Assembly (NCBI GenBank): GCA_009103225.1
Contig: RHPI01001715.1
Span: 640,099-704,098 of the forward strand
Length of the DNA stretch: 64,000 bases
DNA from: Chlorokybus atmophyticus
Lineage: Eukaryota > Plantae > Mesostigma and Chlorokybus algae
Direction of reading: 5' to 3'
Shown here one piece after another: positions 23,554 to 37,654 of this stretch (its first letter is position 1; every line of letters starts with the position of its first letter). The notes under the pieces were generated by a model. That model had not been told where the DNA came from, did not search any database, and saw only the letters and a list, made by a program, of their open reading frames with translations. The position numbers were made by a program, and so were the translations under genes.

Positions 23554-25898
23554 ATGGCTTCCAAGAAGAGGAAGGAGGTCTTCAACGATGATGGCAACGG
23601 GCGGGCGGCGGTGGTGAGGGGGCGTTGCGACTGCTGTCTGTCTCCCGTTGGGGGCAGCTTGGCTTTTGTTGCTTCTCCCTTAACTCTGTCTATCCCCGAA
23701 ACAGCATGCTGGTTTAGTACTATGAAATAGCAAAGAACCATATGCTCGTGGGGTTCAGGGTCCTTACATGCTTCCCGTACGTCATTCACACAGTTCTTGC
23801 CAACAGCTGAAGCCAAGCGGCAGCATGGCTTTGGCGTGAGCGTTGAGTTGTTCCTCTAAGACGCCTTCAGACACAAGAATCATCACGTGGCACGTGGAGT
23901 ATTGATCTCGCAGTCTGTTGTGTCGGTTGTGTGTCTTTGCGACCCAAGAGAACGTGTATCTAGGATATATGTTTTGCGTACTCTTTATGGATGCGGTGCT
24001 CAGGGTAGCCGTTTGCACAGCCTCTGCACAGTACATAGACGAGTTCACGCATGACGAGTTGATACAACAAGGCTGCACTTTTGAAGCTGTTAGGCTTTGC
24101 AACTGCGTAGACACAAGCTCTCTATAGATTGTGTGCCATACGCGCTGTGAGGAAAAATATAGACACTCAACCCAGCATTGCCTGTCTTCTACGCATGCAG
24201 GGGCCATTGCGAGTGAAAGCCAGGGAAGAGACCGCTCAACCAACAAAGACGCACTCAATGCCGGAGCGGCAGGGACTGCTGCTGTTGCATGTCCGAGCAC
24301 TCAACACACAGTTCCAAACGTGAGTTTGGTTTGGGTTTTACCAAGTCTCTGCACGCACGTGTGCGTGCGTGTGTGTGTGTTTGTTTACTGCAGTTTGTGT
24401 GTCTCTCAGCAGGCTTGACCTACAACATGCACAGGTGGGTTGCCCAGCAGGCAACGAAGCACGGTGATGAGTTGTGGGTCGATGGTGTGAGGGACTACCT
24501 CAAACATGCGGACAAGCTGCGTGCTGATTTCTCCAGTGCGGCCGAGCGTGATACATCTGCACACGCCTCTGCAAAACCACCTTTGGCACAGGTATGCCAC
24601 AACAAAAAGAAGTACAAAGAGAATAGAACTAATTGCCACATTGTACCGCAGCCGTTTTCGTGGGCTGCAGCGGGCGCAACCACTGTGTTAGCAAATGATG
24701 TCACGCCTAATGCCACTGCGCCAACATTGGGTTGGTCTTTCAACGCGGCTGCTGCGCCACCTGCAGACAGCAAGCAGTCAATAAACGGCAATGGTGAGCT
24801 GCATTGATGAAGCATATGTGAATCATGAGGCACCTGTTACTCCATGGATCCATTGATCAGGTGGTGCAGCACCACAGCCAAATGCGCCATCTGCAACAGA
24901 CGCCAGTCAAGGTTTGTGGCCTTTGGGTTGCGTGTATCGGCGTGCGTGTGCGCGCGTCTGTCATTCTCATATGTGTGCCCAAGAATTGATATATTTGTGC
25001 GTACACAACTTGCACAGAAGAGGAGGAGCAGCCAGAGCAGCCCCCGTCTCCATCTCTGCGAGAGACCAACATGGACGGGGAGGACGTCACGCACTCTGTC
25101 ACGTGCAAGATCTACGCCATGGTTGATCGCAATTGGAAAGAAGTTGGCGGCATGGGCCAGCTGTCGCTGCGAAAGCTGAAAGACAAGGAGCTACCAGAAG
25201 CAAAACCTCGATTGGTGTTCCGCAATAATGTGAGTTCACATTGGTTGCATGTCAACCGAATACATCGACATGCGCAACTGCAAGGAAGTGCTTAAGCCAA
25301 GCACCAAGTTCAAGCCTTCGCAGCTAGCACACTCAACAACCACTGTATGAATGGCCAGGAATTTGTGTGTTGCATGTTTGGAGTGCAATTGCCACCAGCT
25401 AGGTTCCTGCGCATCCCCAGCGTAACTGCAGCTCAGTGGCTTGGTTGATGCTCTGTGCAGGTCGGCAAAGTGTTGCTGAATGCTGCTGTGTACACGGGTA
25501 TGAAGCTGCAGGTCAACAACAAGTCACTCGTGACACACCTGTTCACAGCGGTGCGTGACATAGCTCTCTCTTCTTTATCTGCATTGGGCGCTCGCACAGG
25601 CGTACACACGCACACGCACTTGCTGTGTTCTTACCACTTGCCATTGCCTGCTGCGCACATGTTTTCACACGGGCCTACACCTATGATGCAACATAAGCAT
25701 AGGAGCACGTGTGAGACCATTGTTATATGACAGGAGCCAATTGGCGTCCAAACGCAAACCAAAGAAGATGGCGATGCTCCGGTCGAAAAGCAGGCAGCAC
25801 AAGTTGAGACCATGGTGACCATCAGGACCAAAGGACCAGAAGATGTGGAGACCTTAGCTACTAAGATCAAGGAGATCATGCCTCCAGTAAGGACATAA
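23554..25898 (+). CDS. NUP50: NUP50-like nucleoporin with RanBP1/PH-like domain, 7 exons
   Basis: Exons 23554-23613, 24201-24319, 24435-24591, 24652-24794, 25018-25229, 25461-25550 and ~25734-25898 give HVRALNTQF..WV...DELWVDGVRDYLKHA (plant NUP50 motif) and a RanBD (WKEVGGMGQLSL...RLVFRNNVGKVLLNA). Confidence 0.8.
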
Positions 25899-28800
25899 CG
25901 CCGTAGCAAGGTTGCATTGCGACACAGATATTGTGACTTGTGACACGCAACCCTCAACATGTATCATGCTATATAACGCCATGCTTTGCAGCAAAGCTAT
26001 GCTAGCATCTCAGGCACGTTACAGGACAGACACACATGAAGACGTGTGATAATGTTTAAGATGTCTGAAGCTGTAAAATTATGCAATTAAGTGTATCATG
26101 AACCATAGAATTACCGTTAAAGTCATATACATTACCAGTTAACAGCATTTGACGTGCTGAGACCAATGATAGTATGAGTTTGGTTGTACATATATGTGTT
26201 TCATAACATGGCTTGAAAGATACCGTGCACCGGCTCATGTGTACAACATTAATGTCATTTAAGTTGGGTTTCTCAAAGTTTAAATACATGATATTGCACC
26301 ATACTATTTACCTCAAGTGGTCGCAATCAGCGATAAACTACTCATATTACCAACATATTCAGACAGCGTGTCAATTGACCATGATAAGACATGCACATAT
26401 ACAAGCATGCATAAATCTGAAGCTTTAAGGGGCTAGGTAGTGTGCAATGCATACTGACATTGCGTGATGCGAAGATAGTTTCCATGCACCAACTTTGTGC
26501 TTTGCCGATTACCATTCACAAACACCAACTGCCCTTGCCCACACTGCACAGTGCCTTGCTTTGCTGCATAGGTTGCTAGCGGTCTTGTTATGGTACTTGC
26601 ATATGCAACAACACAAGCAAACAAGCGTGCATACCATGTGGGGGCTAGTAGCGCTCAGCACAACATCAATTATGACCGCAATAAACCACACCGGACTTGG
26701 ACCACGAAGGCCCTCACTCAGCAATAGACAATTTGTACTTTTGATACATTTACAAAGCGAGCAAGTATCGAATACTTGATAGCAATGGCAATCTGCAACG
26801 CAGTGCATATGCGAGCATGCACCCTCGGCTGCTGCAGGTTGTTCTCCTACCCTTCTCTGCTTGCACCCATTACCGCATTGCATACACGTAAGCACTTGGT
26901 GTGGTGGGTTAGCTAGATTGTGACCCAATACAATAGCTCCCGGCCCAACTTGTAAGTGTCCACGGTTGCTGTGCATAGCCTATTGTGCCGAGCCTATCAT
27001 TGCTTTGTTGTTTTGCATCATCTCTCATGCCGTATGAATTGCATGTATAAGCGACTCACATGCGCACGGTAAGGTATATTTATGAATACAACAAAGTAAC
27101 TCACTGTATTGCTATGCAAGATTAAGGTAAGCTCTAAGCTTATAAGTAAAATAAAACAAATAAAGCAAGGTGACAAACGTGTGGAGAAAGATATAATTTT
27201 TCTCGACACGTTTATTCGGTATCGCCGTGTTTATTATAGTCTTGCAAAAGTATTGCAGTGTGTGCATGCTACACACACTTCTGCGCTCCATGCGTCTTAT
27301 TAGTGTTTGTTAAATATTACGTACATTTTCGTATGTGATGAGCAGCTCGCTCATCAGTCATGTTGAGGGGCCGTGGCCCATTAAATAGTAAAGGAATGAA
27401 GTTTACATTTAACGTTAACCCTAGGTTACTGTACATACATGCAACAACCGCAACAACATTATTTAAAACGGAGAGGGTCGTAGCTTGCAATTAACAAATC
27501 ATAATGTAATTAAGGTACGTTTACACTATGCTGGCCAGTAACTGTATTATATTCAGTATCAGTTTTATGCAACTTGGGTAACATGCTATAACAAATGTAG
27601 ACCTCTAAAATTAAATTATGTTAAGGAGGCATTCCTTATGACGCATACATTTATGAAAAACAACTTGTTAGGCTGGTTGCATATGGGCATGGTGTGGAAA
27701 TTTAAACATGCTTGTAAGTATGCAGCCTGCAGCTGCAATGTAATATAGTGTTATCACTTAAATAGCCTCTCAAACTTGGCAATGTGGCCACAAGTGAACT
27801 TAGCAAGTGTTGGCTAGCATGTATAGATTCTGTTGCAAACTTGGTAGCTATGATATGCTTAACACATCATTTGTAATTTTATGTAATTTTATGGCGGGTT
27901 GCAGTTTTGATGACTTAGAATTTCTAAAAATGCTACACCATATACCAATCATCCTCGACGTTAAGTTTCTCGTGTAGGCCTTTAAATCTTGCTGTAAACC
28001 ATATATGGCACGACTGTAGATCAATATCATATCATTACACAGTTTGTAATTGGCCAGGAGTCCGGTTTTAGCACTATTCTTAGTATTTGTTGGAAAAGAG
28101 TAAAGTAGCCATCCTAGTGTTAAACATTAAAATCCTTTCACTGTTTTTTGTTGGGATGAAAAACAGCAAGTGGTAAATTGTATTGCCGCATACTATTATG
28201 TGGTAGGCCAAACCGCGTGCACAATGGCATCATGCAAGTTGTACTTTTGTGTTGCGTATAAGCCTTTTTAACGTTAAACATACCTCGTCGTTTTTAACGT
28301 TGTTGACGAATTTTTATCTACCATGCTGTTGCAGATGATACATGGCGTGCGTGTGTCTTAATTATATATGTAACGTTACGGTGAGTGAGCGAGCGCGCAC
28401 TATTTGAAGAAAGTGGTGTGTTTTTTATTAGCGTATTGTTGCTTTGCTTCAGTTGCTGCGATATACGTGATTGCATACATCAGTTACAACCAGCGCAACA
28501 TGCATGTGATCCGCTTGTGTTGTGCACTTAGTTGCAAGCATATATTTTTGCTAAAGTTTTTACATCTATTCTTTTCAGCCTTATTGTTGCAGAGTTGAGT
28601 ACCACTTTGTGTTATGACTTGGATCATGAGACCACATTCAAGCATTGCAACTTGCAACGGTGCTCATTACGTGATACCAATATACAGCACTAGCTATTAC
28701 CCTATGAGAAGCTTGCATGGGGCCCATTGCAACATGCAGACACTGATTCTCAGATCCACACTGTCACAGCGTAGAATTGAGGTCTGAGAGAACACAACGG

Positions 28801-29799
28801 GCAGGCTGCGCCCACCATCATGGCCGGAGCCGCAGGATCATGTGTAGCCGTGACCCGAATGCGATATTTATGCAGGCGTTGACCAGCGGTGATAATATCA
28901 TCGTGGCAGCCTCTGCGATGAGAGCACGTCGGTCGGCACAGGCGTCCGTGCCGGTCTAACAAATTGTTGGCACAGGTCAGTGACGACACCCACTTGATGA
29001 GGTCATAAGCAAACCACTCAGCTGTCAGACCGTACGCAGCCCAGCTGCGATGCGGTCATCACCACCTGTTGTCAATGATCAGAACAACCTACGGGTGCTC
29101 AGATCGCATTCTTCTCATGATGGCCCTAGCAACAGCAGTCCCTGTGTCGGGGACAAGGCTCCATCACCCTGTCTCAGCCAACAACTCACTCTGTCGTGAA
29201 TCAATGTGAATCGCCGTTGACATTCTGAATCACAATGATTCAAGAGCGCGATCCTCCTTGCTTGAATGAATCACCTCTCCCGATAAACCCGAATCGGCGC
29301 TAGCAGATCCCCCGCATCAAGCCGTCTGCCCGCCAAAAGACCGGCACCGCGCTGAATGTCCGGTTCAAAGCGTAGACCAAGGGACCGTTTAGCTGCGATA
29401 ACGGCACAAGTACGCTGGATGACCGATATGGCTCCAACCGGTTCGTCGCTAACGATGCCGGTTCGGAAGTCCGAGTCCGTGCGATGGCCGTTGGACATCA
29501 GTGTCGTGAGGGGGGCGGATCGGCGCGTTCAATTTGCTACGGATCGCCCTGGTTGTGAGTGTCTTTCAACAAACACACAGCACATCTTGACTGGGCACGA
29601 CTAAGCTTACGTTTGGCAATACATTGTAGAGGCAGAACAAGTTGACGGATCAAGGTGTTTGTTGTAGGTGTTGACGTTGAGGGCGGCGGGGTGGTGTAAG
29701 CAGCTGCTTTAGCTGCTGCTGTACTGCGTGGTGTCTGCTTTGCGCAGTACGACTGTGTGTGAAGCTGGACTGCTGTAGGTGACACTTGCTGCTGCAAGA

Positions 29800-31468
29800 A
29801 TGCCGACCGTCTACACGCTGGACATCCAGGCCATGAAGCAGGGCGGAGGTGCGGGGGGAGGTTGTGGCTTGCCGTCGCCGGGGTCGTCCAAGCCCGGGAG
29901 CCCCTCAACAACGTCAGCAACGACGACGCCCTGCTCCTCGCCGGTGGTGCGGGACGACCCCACAGGAGTAGTAGCGCAGTCGGCCTGCTATGCCAGCAGG
30001 TGTGACGACGCCTCGGTATGCAGCACCGCCCCCGCCCACGACGGCGACTGCAACGCCACAAACGACGGTAACGAGGAGGAGTTCTGCTGGATTTGCATGC
30101 TCGGAGACAACGCCTGGGCTGATGAAGCTGCTGGCGAACGCTGCGGGCCACTGGTGTCAAACGTTTGCGGGTGAGCCAAGCCTTGGCTTACCTGTTTGGC
30201 CGTTGATGGTCATGATGTGTTACTACTGCAATTGGCGTGGCTGTACATATATTTTACACTATACATCGGGCAGCTGTACGCACTACTGATAAGAGTGACG
30301 CATTGTTGCACTGTGTGCTGTATGCTTTACAGAGCCTAGTACTGTTGACGCCTGAGGCTCGGTGCTTTCAAGCTGAGTGCGCTGAGAACCACAGCTTGCT
30401 GAGTCAATGATGCGTTGCATCCACACATGTGTTTCCGTGGTGTACCTTTTTCTGTTGGCGCTAAACTTGTTGTTCTTACTTGCACAGGTGCATCTCCTCG
30501 CGAGTGCATTTGCGTTGCCTGGCCAAGTGGCAGCTGTCTCGCCTAGGCACAAAGGAAGAAACGCACTGCAGAGTTTGCAGACAGGAGCTGCCTGAATGGA
30601 GAGACACACTGTTGCCAAGGTATGTCTCTACTGCATGTTGAGTGCTGTCATCTACGTTGTAAGCCTTATCCACGGAGCATAGAGATTATATATAACTTGT
30701 ACCTCCTGCTTGTATCATCAAAGGACGTCAAACTGATGACATTACGCAAACCTGTGTATCTTACACGTCTGTTGGTGCCCTGCCTGTGAGCAGCTTGTGA
30801 CATAGTTGTCTATGTTTCACAGGGACATGTCTTCAGCTCTGAAAGGGGTGGGCCAGCCTGGAATGCCCAGGACAGCTGTGATGCACATATCGTATGGTGG
30901 CCAGCGGCACTCCTTCCCCGTCACAGCCACGCGACGGGGTCTTGAGGACTTCAAGGCGCACATCAGACGGCTATGCAACGTGCCTTCTTGGTAGGTTTAC
31001 CTCATATGCTGTTAGCTTGATTGTTTGTCGGACTGGCCTATCACTGTGTCAAGGCCTAGTGTGGTGTCCAGTTCATCATATCAACTGTTGTTGATGAGAG
31101 TTGCAGAGAGTTGGAACACCTTGAGACTGGGGTTACTTCCGTTGGTCATATGTTCACTCTCTGTGTGTTACCTACTCAGGTATGAGATTCGCTTCTCTTT
31201 CTCGTATCCTGATCCCAACGGAGAGGGGACACTGCAGCTGACCGGCATCAATGCATTCTACTATGCGGTGCATCGGGCCGCAGTGGATGCTGCACTGGAG
31301 GGTATCAGCGCCACAGCCTTAATGGAGGAGGGCTCTTCGGTGACACGACACAACTCCACTAGCGTGGATGATAGACACACTCCATTGTCTCCCACGTCTG
31401 GGTTGAGACTCGTCAAGTGGCGCAGTCAGCTCTCGCAGCGGTTGAGGCAGGTGTTCTCGCGCGCATGA
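29800..31468 (+). CDS. RING-CH (RINGv, C4HC3) E3-ligase-like protein with algal-type C-terminal domain, 4 exons
   Basis: Exons 29800-30170, 30488-30619, 30823-30990 and 31180-31468 give CWIC...VCGC...VHLRCLAKWQ...CRVC...LPEW, then a domain ending PDP...LQLTGINAF..AVH.A. Confidence 0.8.
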
Positions 31469-32941
31469 ACTTTCTATTAATGCACAATTAAGAATCGCCT
31501 AGCATCGATCATGGCACAGGTTACATAGCGCAAGTGGCTGTAGAGTTTGGGCTTAGCTCTAGGGTTAGTTAGACAGGTAGCTGTGCATATCAATTTTTGC
31601 AATGCTGTTGAACCGTTGAATTGCTATCAGTGGGTTGGGATTCAACAGTTGACAACTTCAATGCTGATAATTATCTTCTGTGATAATGACCAGTGTGTAC
31701 AAAAGCTGAGCACGAGAGTGTGCACTTGCGCAGCTCAAATAGCGTCAAACTGCACTGTGCGTAACAACTGCGCAAAAAGTGGTAACTGTCAAAGCATCAA
31801 CGGTGTGCATCCTGACAGGTGCTGTGATACGTCCTTCTTTGCATATGTACAGGATATTTTCGAGGCAGTTTTGTACATGCATTATGCATAAGCACAAAAG
31901 CACATACCCAAAGAGCATGCAAGTATGATCATCCGCAACTCCCGGGCTGATATCCACTGCTGTGAAGCTAAGCACGTACTTGTACTTGTGTACCTGCATA
32001 CCAGTAACACTAACACTGCCAATCACTTACCTCTGCCCAGGTGTGTTTGTTTTTGTTGTTGCCGCGGTTACTGATGTTGTTATTGTTGTTATCATGTGCT
32101 TTATCAATTCTCATGCGACAGTATATGCATATGTGTGCATTCTTTGCACCGTCTCAGAGTTGCGGAAGGTGGTATACAATTGCACTGTGCAATCACGGCC
32201 CTATCAAGTCGCTGTACCCAAACACATCACAATTTTCATAGAAATGGCAGTGTAGGGTATCGGAAAACATCATGCAACACTCTATGCCAAACGCAAAAAA
32301 ACAATAAAAACACCTAGAGCACAACACTTGATTTGCACACCACCACCTCTAGCCTACAAGGCAGTGTGTCCCATGCCTAACCACCACATCATCGTCATGT
32401 ACAATGTCCAAGCGAAGAATGACTGCTGGCTGTAGGGTACAAGGGGTGTAGCGGATTCCTCTTGTGCACATAGTCATTGGCCCCAGCGCACTAACACCAG
32501 TCGTTGGCCTTGGTACTTTGACACAACTTACTACCAAACCAGCTGTGGAAAAGTTGTTGGAAGTAACAACGGCACAACAGATAATGACACTGTATAGGCC
32601 CCAAAACAAGCACATGCAGCTTCTAGACACATGCAAGCTGGTAGGCTTGCGCCCACTTTGCAGTCACCAGCATGACAGCAAGCTGCCCAGCACGGCAATC
32701 TGTACGTTCCAAGCTAAAGGCTGCTGCACAGGTGGAGTTGTGGAAGGAATAGTCATGTGTGTCAAGAACTGCAGTGCAGACCCAAAAGTTCACAAAACGA
32801 GTATCATGTAGCAACCGCAGTTGCCGCAGGTGTTACTAACTTAGTAGAGCCTTCTCAGTAGCGTAAGCATCGGTGCTGGCGTAGTGTATGGTAGTAGTAG
32901 ACAACAATGCGTTGTGCGCGAACAACAATAGGTGGTGGAAG

Positions 32942-34024
32942 CTAGTAGAAACATATCGTGTACGTTGGCCGTTTTCCTGTCTCCTGTGCAAACTTCGTCA
33001 CAATCTCTTCAACCTCATCCTCCCAACTCTCGCACGCGTTCAACTGACCAATCCAAATGTCACCTTACTCCTCTCACAATCACAACAAACAAAATAGGAA
33101 GGTATGGGAAAACAGCTGCTTACCATTTGACATAGCTGCAAGCAAAGCTGCGCCCCGTTCGCAGCCTCTTCATGATTGTCCTTCACGTCCAGATTGAGTA
33201 TCAACGCAGCCTTGATGCCTGTGCTGTGTCTTGAATGCATATCTGCACGCACATCCCGGCCATCCCATAACGACACTCACCCAGCTCAACCCAACTCAAC
33301 CCAAAAGATTTGCTACAAACAACTATGCAGCAAGGCAGATGACAAACATGTAACACACCTTCGACAACAAGGTCAAAGACGCGCTCCTCAAACGTGAAAA
33401 TGATGTCAAACTCGCCGTCCTTGGCATTGTCCTGCCAGCGTTGAGGAGCAAGCTTGACGGACCGATTGCGGTCCAGCATGGCCAGCAGACCATTCCTGGT
33501 GTAGCTGTCTGATACGTTAAGTAGACATGCCCTCACTGTAAGCCACCAAAAGAAACATGACCACACACAATGATCATCACACAGCAACCGTGTAGCAAAT
33601 TCCACATTAATCAGGGATACAGATCGTAGTCCTTGCGCCTCAACTCGTCGTACATGTTTGAGTACGGCGTACCGAACTTATACACGTTCGGCTCGCGTAT
33701 GCTTGGCCCCGGCAACTTGACCTGCAAGTAATAATCATTCATGTAATGCAGCAGCATACTAATCCACCAGCCAGTACAGCAAGCCCACCCAAAACACACG
33801 CGCGCACAAGTGCGCGCATGTGCACGCACGCACACACGTGATTATGCACGTTTGTTGATTGGATAGACAATGCTAGCTCTCATGAGACGCGAGCAAACAG
33901 AGACCTGGGAGCCTGTGCCGTAAGACTCGACAATCAACCCGTGCTTCGCAAGCAGCGCGTGTGCCTCCATGCTTCGGTTCTGATTGGACGCGCACACCAT
34001 TGCGAACCGCCTGCCCGCGCTCAT
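32942..34024 (-). CDS. SSU72: RNA polymerase II CTD phosphatase Ssu72
   Basis: Catalytic VCASNQNRSMEAH, SYGTGSQVKLPGPS..PNVY.FGTPY, YTRNGLL.MLDRN, FDIIFTFEERVFD and C-terminal TICFY, with GT-AG junctions. Confidence 0.95.
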
Positions 34025-34616
34025 GACTGCCGTCGTCTGCGTCGTGCGCATGAAGGACATATACATATACATCGTCAATGGTGCATACGCATGTGAACAC
34101 AAGATCCATGCGTACTGAATTTACTTTGACCAGCATGGAAAAGAGCTTGCTCAACAACAAGGCACTAAAGGAACTCAACCAAGACAGTCGAAAAGTATCC
34201 AGTTTTCTGCTGTGCAAGTTGCAGGTCTGCCACAGCATAACCAAACGCTGTCAACAGCATTGCTGCAGTCAAGCTGTTGATGAATTGAGGAAGTGCCACG
34301 TGAGACAGTGTCTGGCCGTGTTCAGCAGAATCAACGCCAGCTGCCAACTCAAATTGCAGAATAGATTCGAGCTAAGGTGTTGACTGATCAATCGGGACAT
34401 GCAGCAAACAAGCAGCAGCACACACGTGTTGTGCACCGTTTACCTTGGCTAGCGCGACCTCATGCCCGGCCGATGACGATGACAAGGATGAGCAGGAGGA
34501 GGGAGGGAACGCCTTAAGCAATGAGAACCGTCGCTGTGTCACAGCTAGAGCGTTCCATCGCCGCTGTCGCCGCCGCCGCTGCCCATCCTGGTTGTGTTCA
34601 CTGCGCTAACGTGTAC

Positions 34617-34624
34617 TAGGGTTT
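34617..34624 (-). promoter_or_regulatory. Telo-box in the Ssu72/NDUFB10 bidirectional promoter
   Basis: TAGGGTTT on + strand between the two divergent start codons. Confidence 0.35.
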
Positions 34625-34847
34625 TGGTGTAGTGATTGAGCTGGCTGCGGCGGACGTGGCGCAGGTGGAAGACAAGGAGCAGGAGGAGGAGGAGGAAGCG
34701 GTTTATAGGATTGCTGTCCGTAGATGATCCTGTGTGCACATTCTTAGTAGCCTTTGAGGCTGGAGCCTGAGACAGAATCTGGTAGAGTGGTCAGCGCAGC
34801 GTGTTTCGTCGTTGCAGGGTTGCGCAGCATTGACCTATTGCGCATCA

Positions 34848-35235
34848 ATGGGTTACCCGCGGGGAGGGCCGACTTTCGGCAACGCCGCTGACAACTACGA
34901 CCCTGCCGACCCCTACGGCGACCCCGTCGCCCTGCTCGAGCACCGCGAGCGCCAGGCCCGAGAAGGGTAAGCTGCTCCTTGTTTGCTTGCCCTCAAACTG
35001 CAACGCCCATTGACATCATCGTTGTGGTTGTTGCTGTTCTGTGGTTGTCATGCTCCTTGTTGTTGCGGTTGCCAGATGGGTTCAAGTTGAGGCGGCGAAG
35101 CTGGTCCGGCAGCAGCTGAGAGAATGCTATTGGCGTGCCGGCGTAAACCATCACGAGGAGTGCTCGGAGATTGCCAAGAAGTACCTGGCCACCGTCAAAG
35201 GCGCTGGCTTCCGGGGCAAAGCGTCCAACCCCTAA
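34848..35235 (+). CDS. NDUFB10: NADH:ubiquinone oxidoreductase subunit B10 (PDSW), 2 exons
   Basis: Exons 34848-34966 and 35076-35235 give YDPADPYGDPVALLEHRE...WVQVEAAKLVR..L.ECY..AGVNH..EC, the plant/algal NDUFB10 pattern. Confidence 0.88.
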
Positions 35236-37654
35236 GCATACAGAGCACTGCACACATAGGAATGGGGCAGAGACTGCCATTCAGGTTTGCGCCTCAGAAG
35301 CGGTACATTTGCTGCTTAGTAGTATTGGCATTGACATGCAGTGCTTGCATTGGCACGCATGTTGCTAGTCAATGTGCTGGTTGGCAATGGTGTGCTAGAA
35401 AGGGTGTGGATTTGTTAGCAAGTATGGTTGCGGTATTGCAGCTGAGTAAAGTTGCGGTGGTTGAACTCGTTCTGTACTGGTAGGCAGCGATGCAGCTCGG
35501 CCGTGAATGCGCAGCGCAGTAACAGGTGTACAGCAGACCTTTGTTGATGCACGCGGCAATCGGGAAGCTTGGTTTTACCTTTGTCAGTGCTACTATTTTT
35601 GTCAATTGTTGGCACTTGTCTAGTGACCACAAGTGTACAAAGTTTGCAGTGCGGTACATGTGAACATGCACCGCTCCATTACATCGGATGGTGGATCTTC
35701 TGCTCTTGCAAGCAATGCGCCAAGGTGACTTGTCGGCAGTGTGCGCATACACTCGATTATTGTGGAGTGCATACACATAGAAAAGATGCAGTGATTGCAA
35801 CACATCAGAGTTGTTATTTGTTATATACACCATGCGTGCAACATGCCCGCAACCGTGCATCATAATGGCACATTAGCCACGGTTAAGCAGCAACAGTACG
35901 ACAGCATACATACCAGCGTAAGCAAAGCTGCAAAAGGCTGGCATAAACCCTTTGTTTGCTAACACACCTGCAGGGTGGCGTAAACACTTCACCTACATGC
36001 ATCACCTACATGCACAAGCCGCACACGGGCAAAGTGCTAATGGGTGCGTTTGAGTAGGTGACTGCATGTGAAGTAACACAGTTGTATGTCTCCTCTTGTT
36101 GCTAGCCAATCGGCTGCTGCTGTAAACGAATTACCAAGCACGTGTGCAAGCATTAAGCCTAAGCAGCTGTATAAGGTTCATGCAGTCGTGCGTCATATAT
36201 ATATTGTCAAGTTTAAGCAAATTGAACATTTAATCATCAACATCTATTATACAACCACTTGTGAATATCAATATCATCCAAACCTTGAATTTGTGTAATA
36301 AGTTACACCTTTATGGAATGCCTGACCATAGACCCTAGGCACGGACCAGGTGACGTATGTACTAGCCAGCAATCGCTATTTTACCTGCAGCGTGAACGGG
36401 CATGGTCAACGGTTTGGCGATAATGGAAGTGCACTTATCATTTAAATAAATTCTAGTTCTTGATTCTGTTTCGGCATGTGGCTTTGCAACAATACAACAA
36501 CAACTTACATTGTTTTCCCTTTTTCAGAGTATTTTCATTCTTGTGCAATAACTTTTGTAAATAACGGCTCAATGTTTATTTTATACGTCGAAGGATACAC
36601 ATTATATAGGGTACATATATTGTGTATACCAATATAATGTATTGTACACATGTATATGTATATATGTATATATACATGTATATATGTGTGTGTGTGTGTG
36701 TGTAGATTTCTTTAAGAGGGTTCAAACGCATCTGTACAATTCGATCTTTAACACGTTGTCCTTGATGAAACTTGTGGTATGAGTTATTTACTTCTCTAAT
36801 ATAAAAATCTATTACGTTCATGCAGCGTGTACGTTGTGAGATACTTTTTATGCACATATGATGCAACTTGTATGCATAACAAATGTTGAGATGCATTATG
36901 TATAGACTGTTTGATAAACGTTAATGCAATGACAGCTTGTTGTATGCACAGCAAACTCGTTAGACAATCATGCTTATATACCGTGCACTTTGCAAATAAT
37001 ACAAGTAAACAAAGACGCGCAAACGTTCTTGATGTGATTAGCGCTATAAGGTTTATGCACATGATGATAAATCGAGCTTAACACCATTACATCTTGTTGA
37101 TTGCGCTATATATCTAAAAAATAAGCTGTGCCACATATGCGCTATTATGCAATCCATTCGCACACTTGAAACAAGCCAGCTAGCAAGCATGACATATACC
37201 GTGCTGCCACAAAATCTTCGTAAACCAAACAATTCAACAAGAGCGCTGTATAAAATTTTATAAACTTTTTGGCATTAGGAGTTATGCATTGCAATGCCTC
37301 TATACTGGATTGCATAAGTTGGCGGGGTTTTAACGACAATAAACCAAATTTTTGGGGCGGTGCCTTGAATAAACATTTCGTGGCACTACTGTATACCTAT
37401 ATACACCGGAGGGCTTGCTAGATGGTTAATGAAACTCAGTGCGAGCAAGTTGCAGTACTGTTCCATCCGTATCTGAACCGATCCATGGTTAAAAACATAT
37501 AAAACATATTCAAACAGGATTACACCACATTTTGTATATATACCAGTTGAAAACTCATCTTATGGAAATTAGCATTGTGATGGCGCATACATTTTCCACA
37601 TCTCAACGTGTGTAACTGTTACATGTCATGAAACTGCGCATGAGAGACGCCGCC

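Noticed and set aside
27848-28030. RAIYGLQQ resembling the copia RT motif LYGLKQ
   Set aside because: The upstream DVKTAFL and downstream YVDD motifs were not found at the expected spacing.
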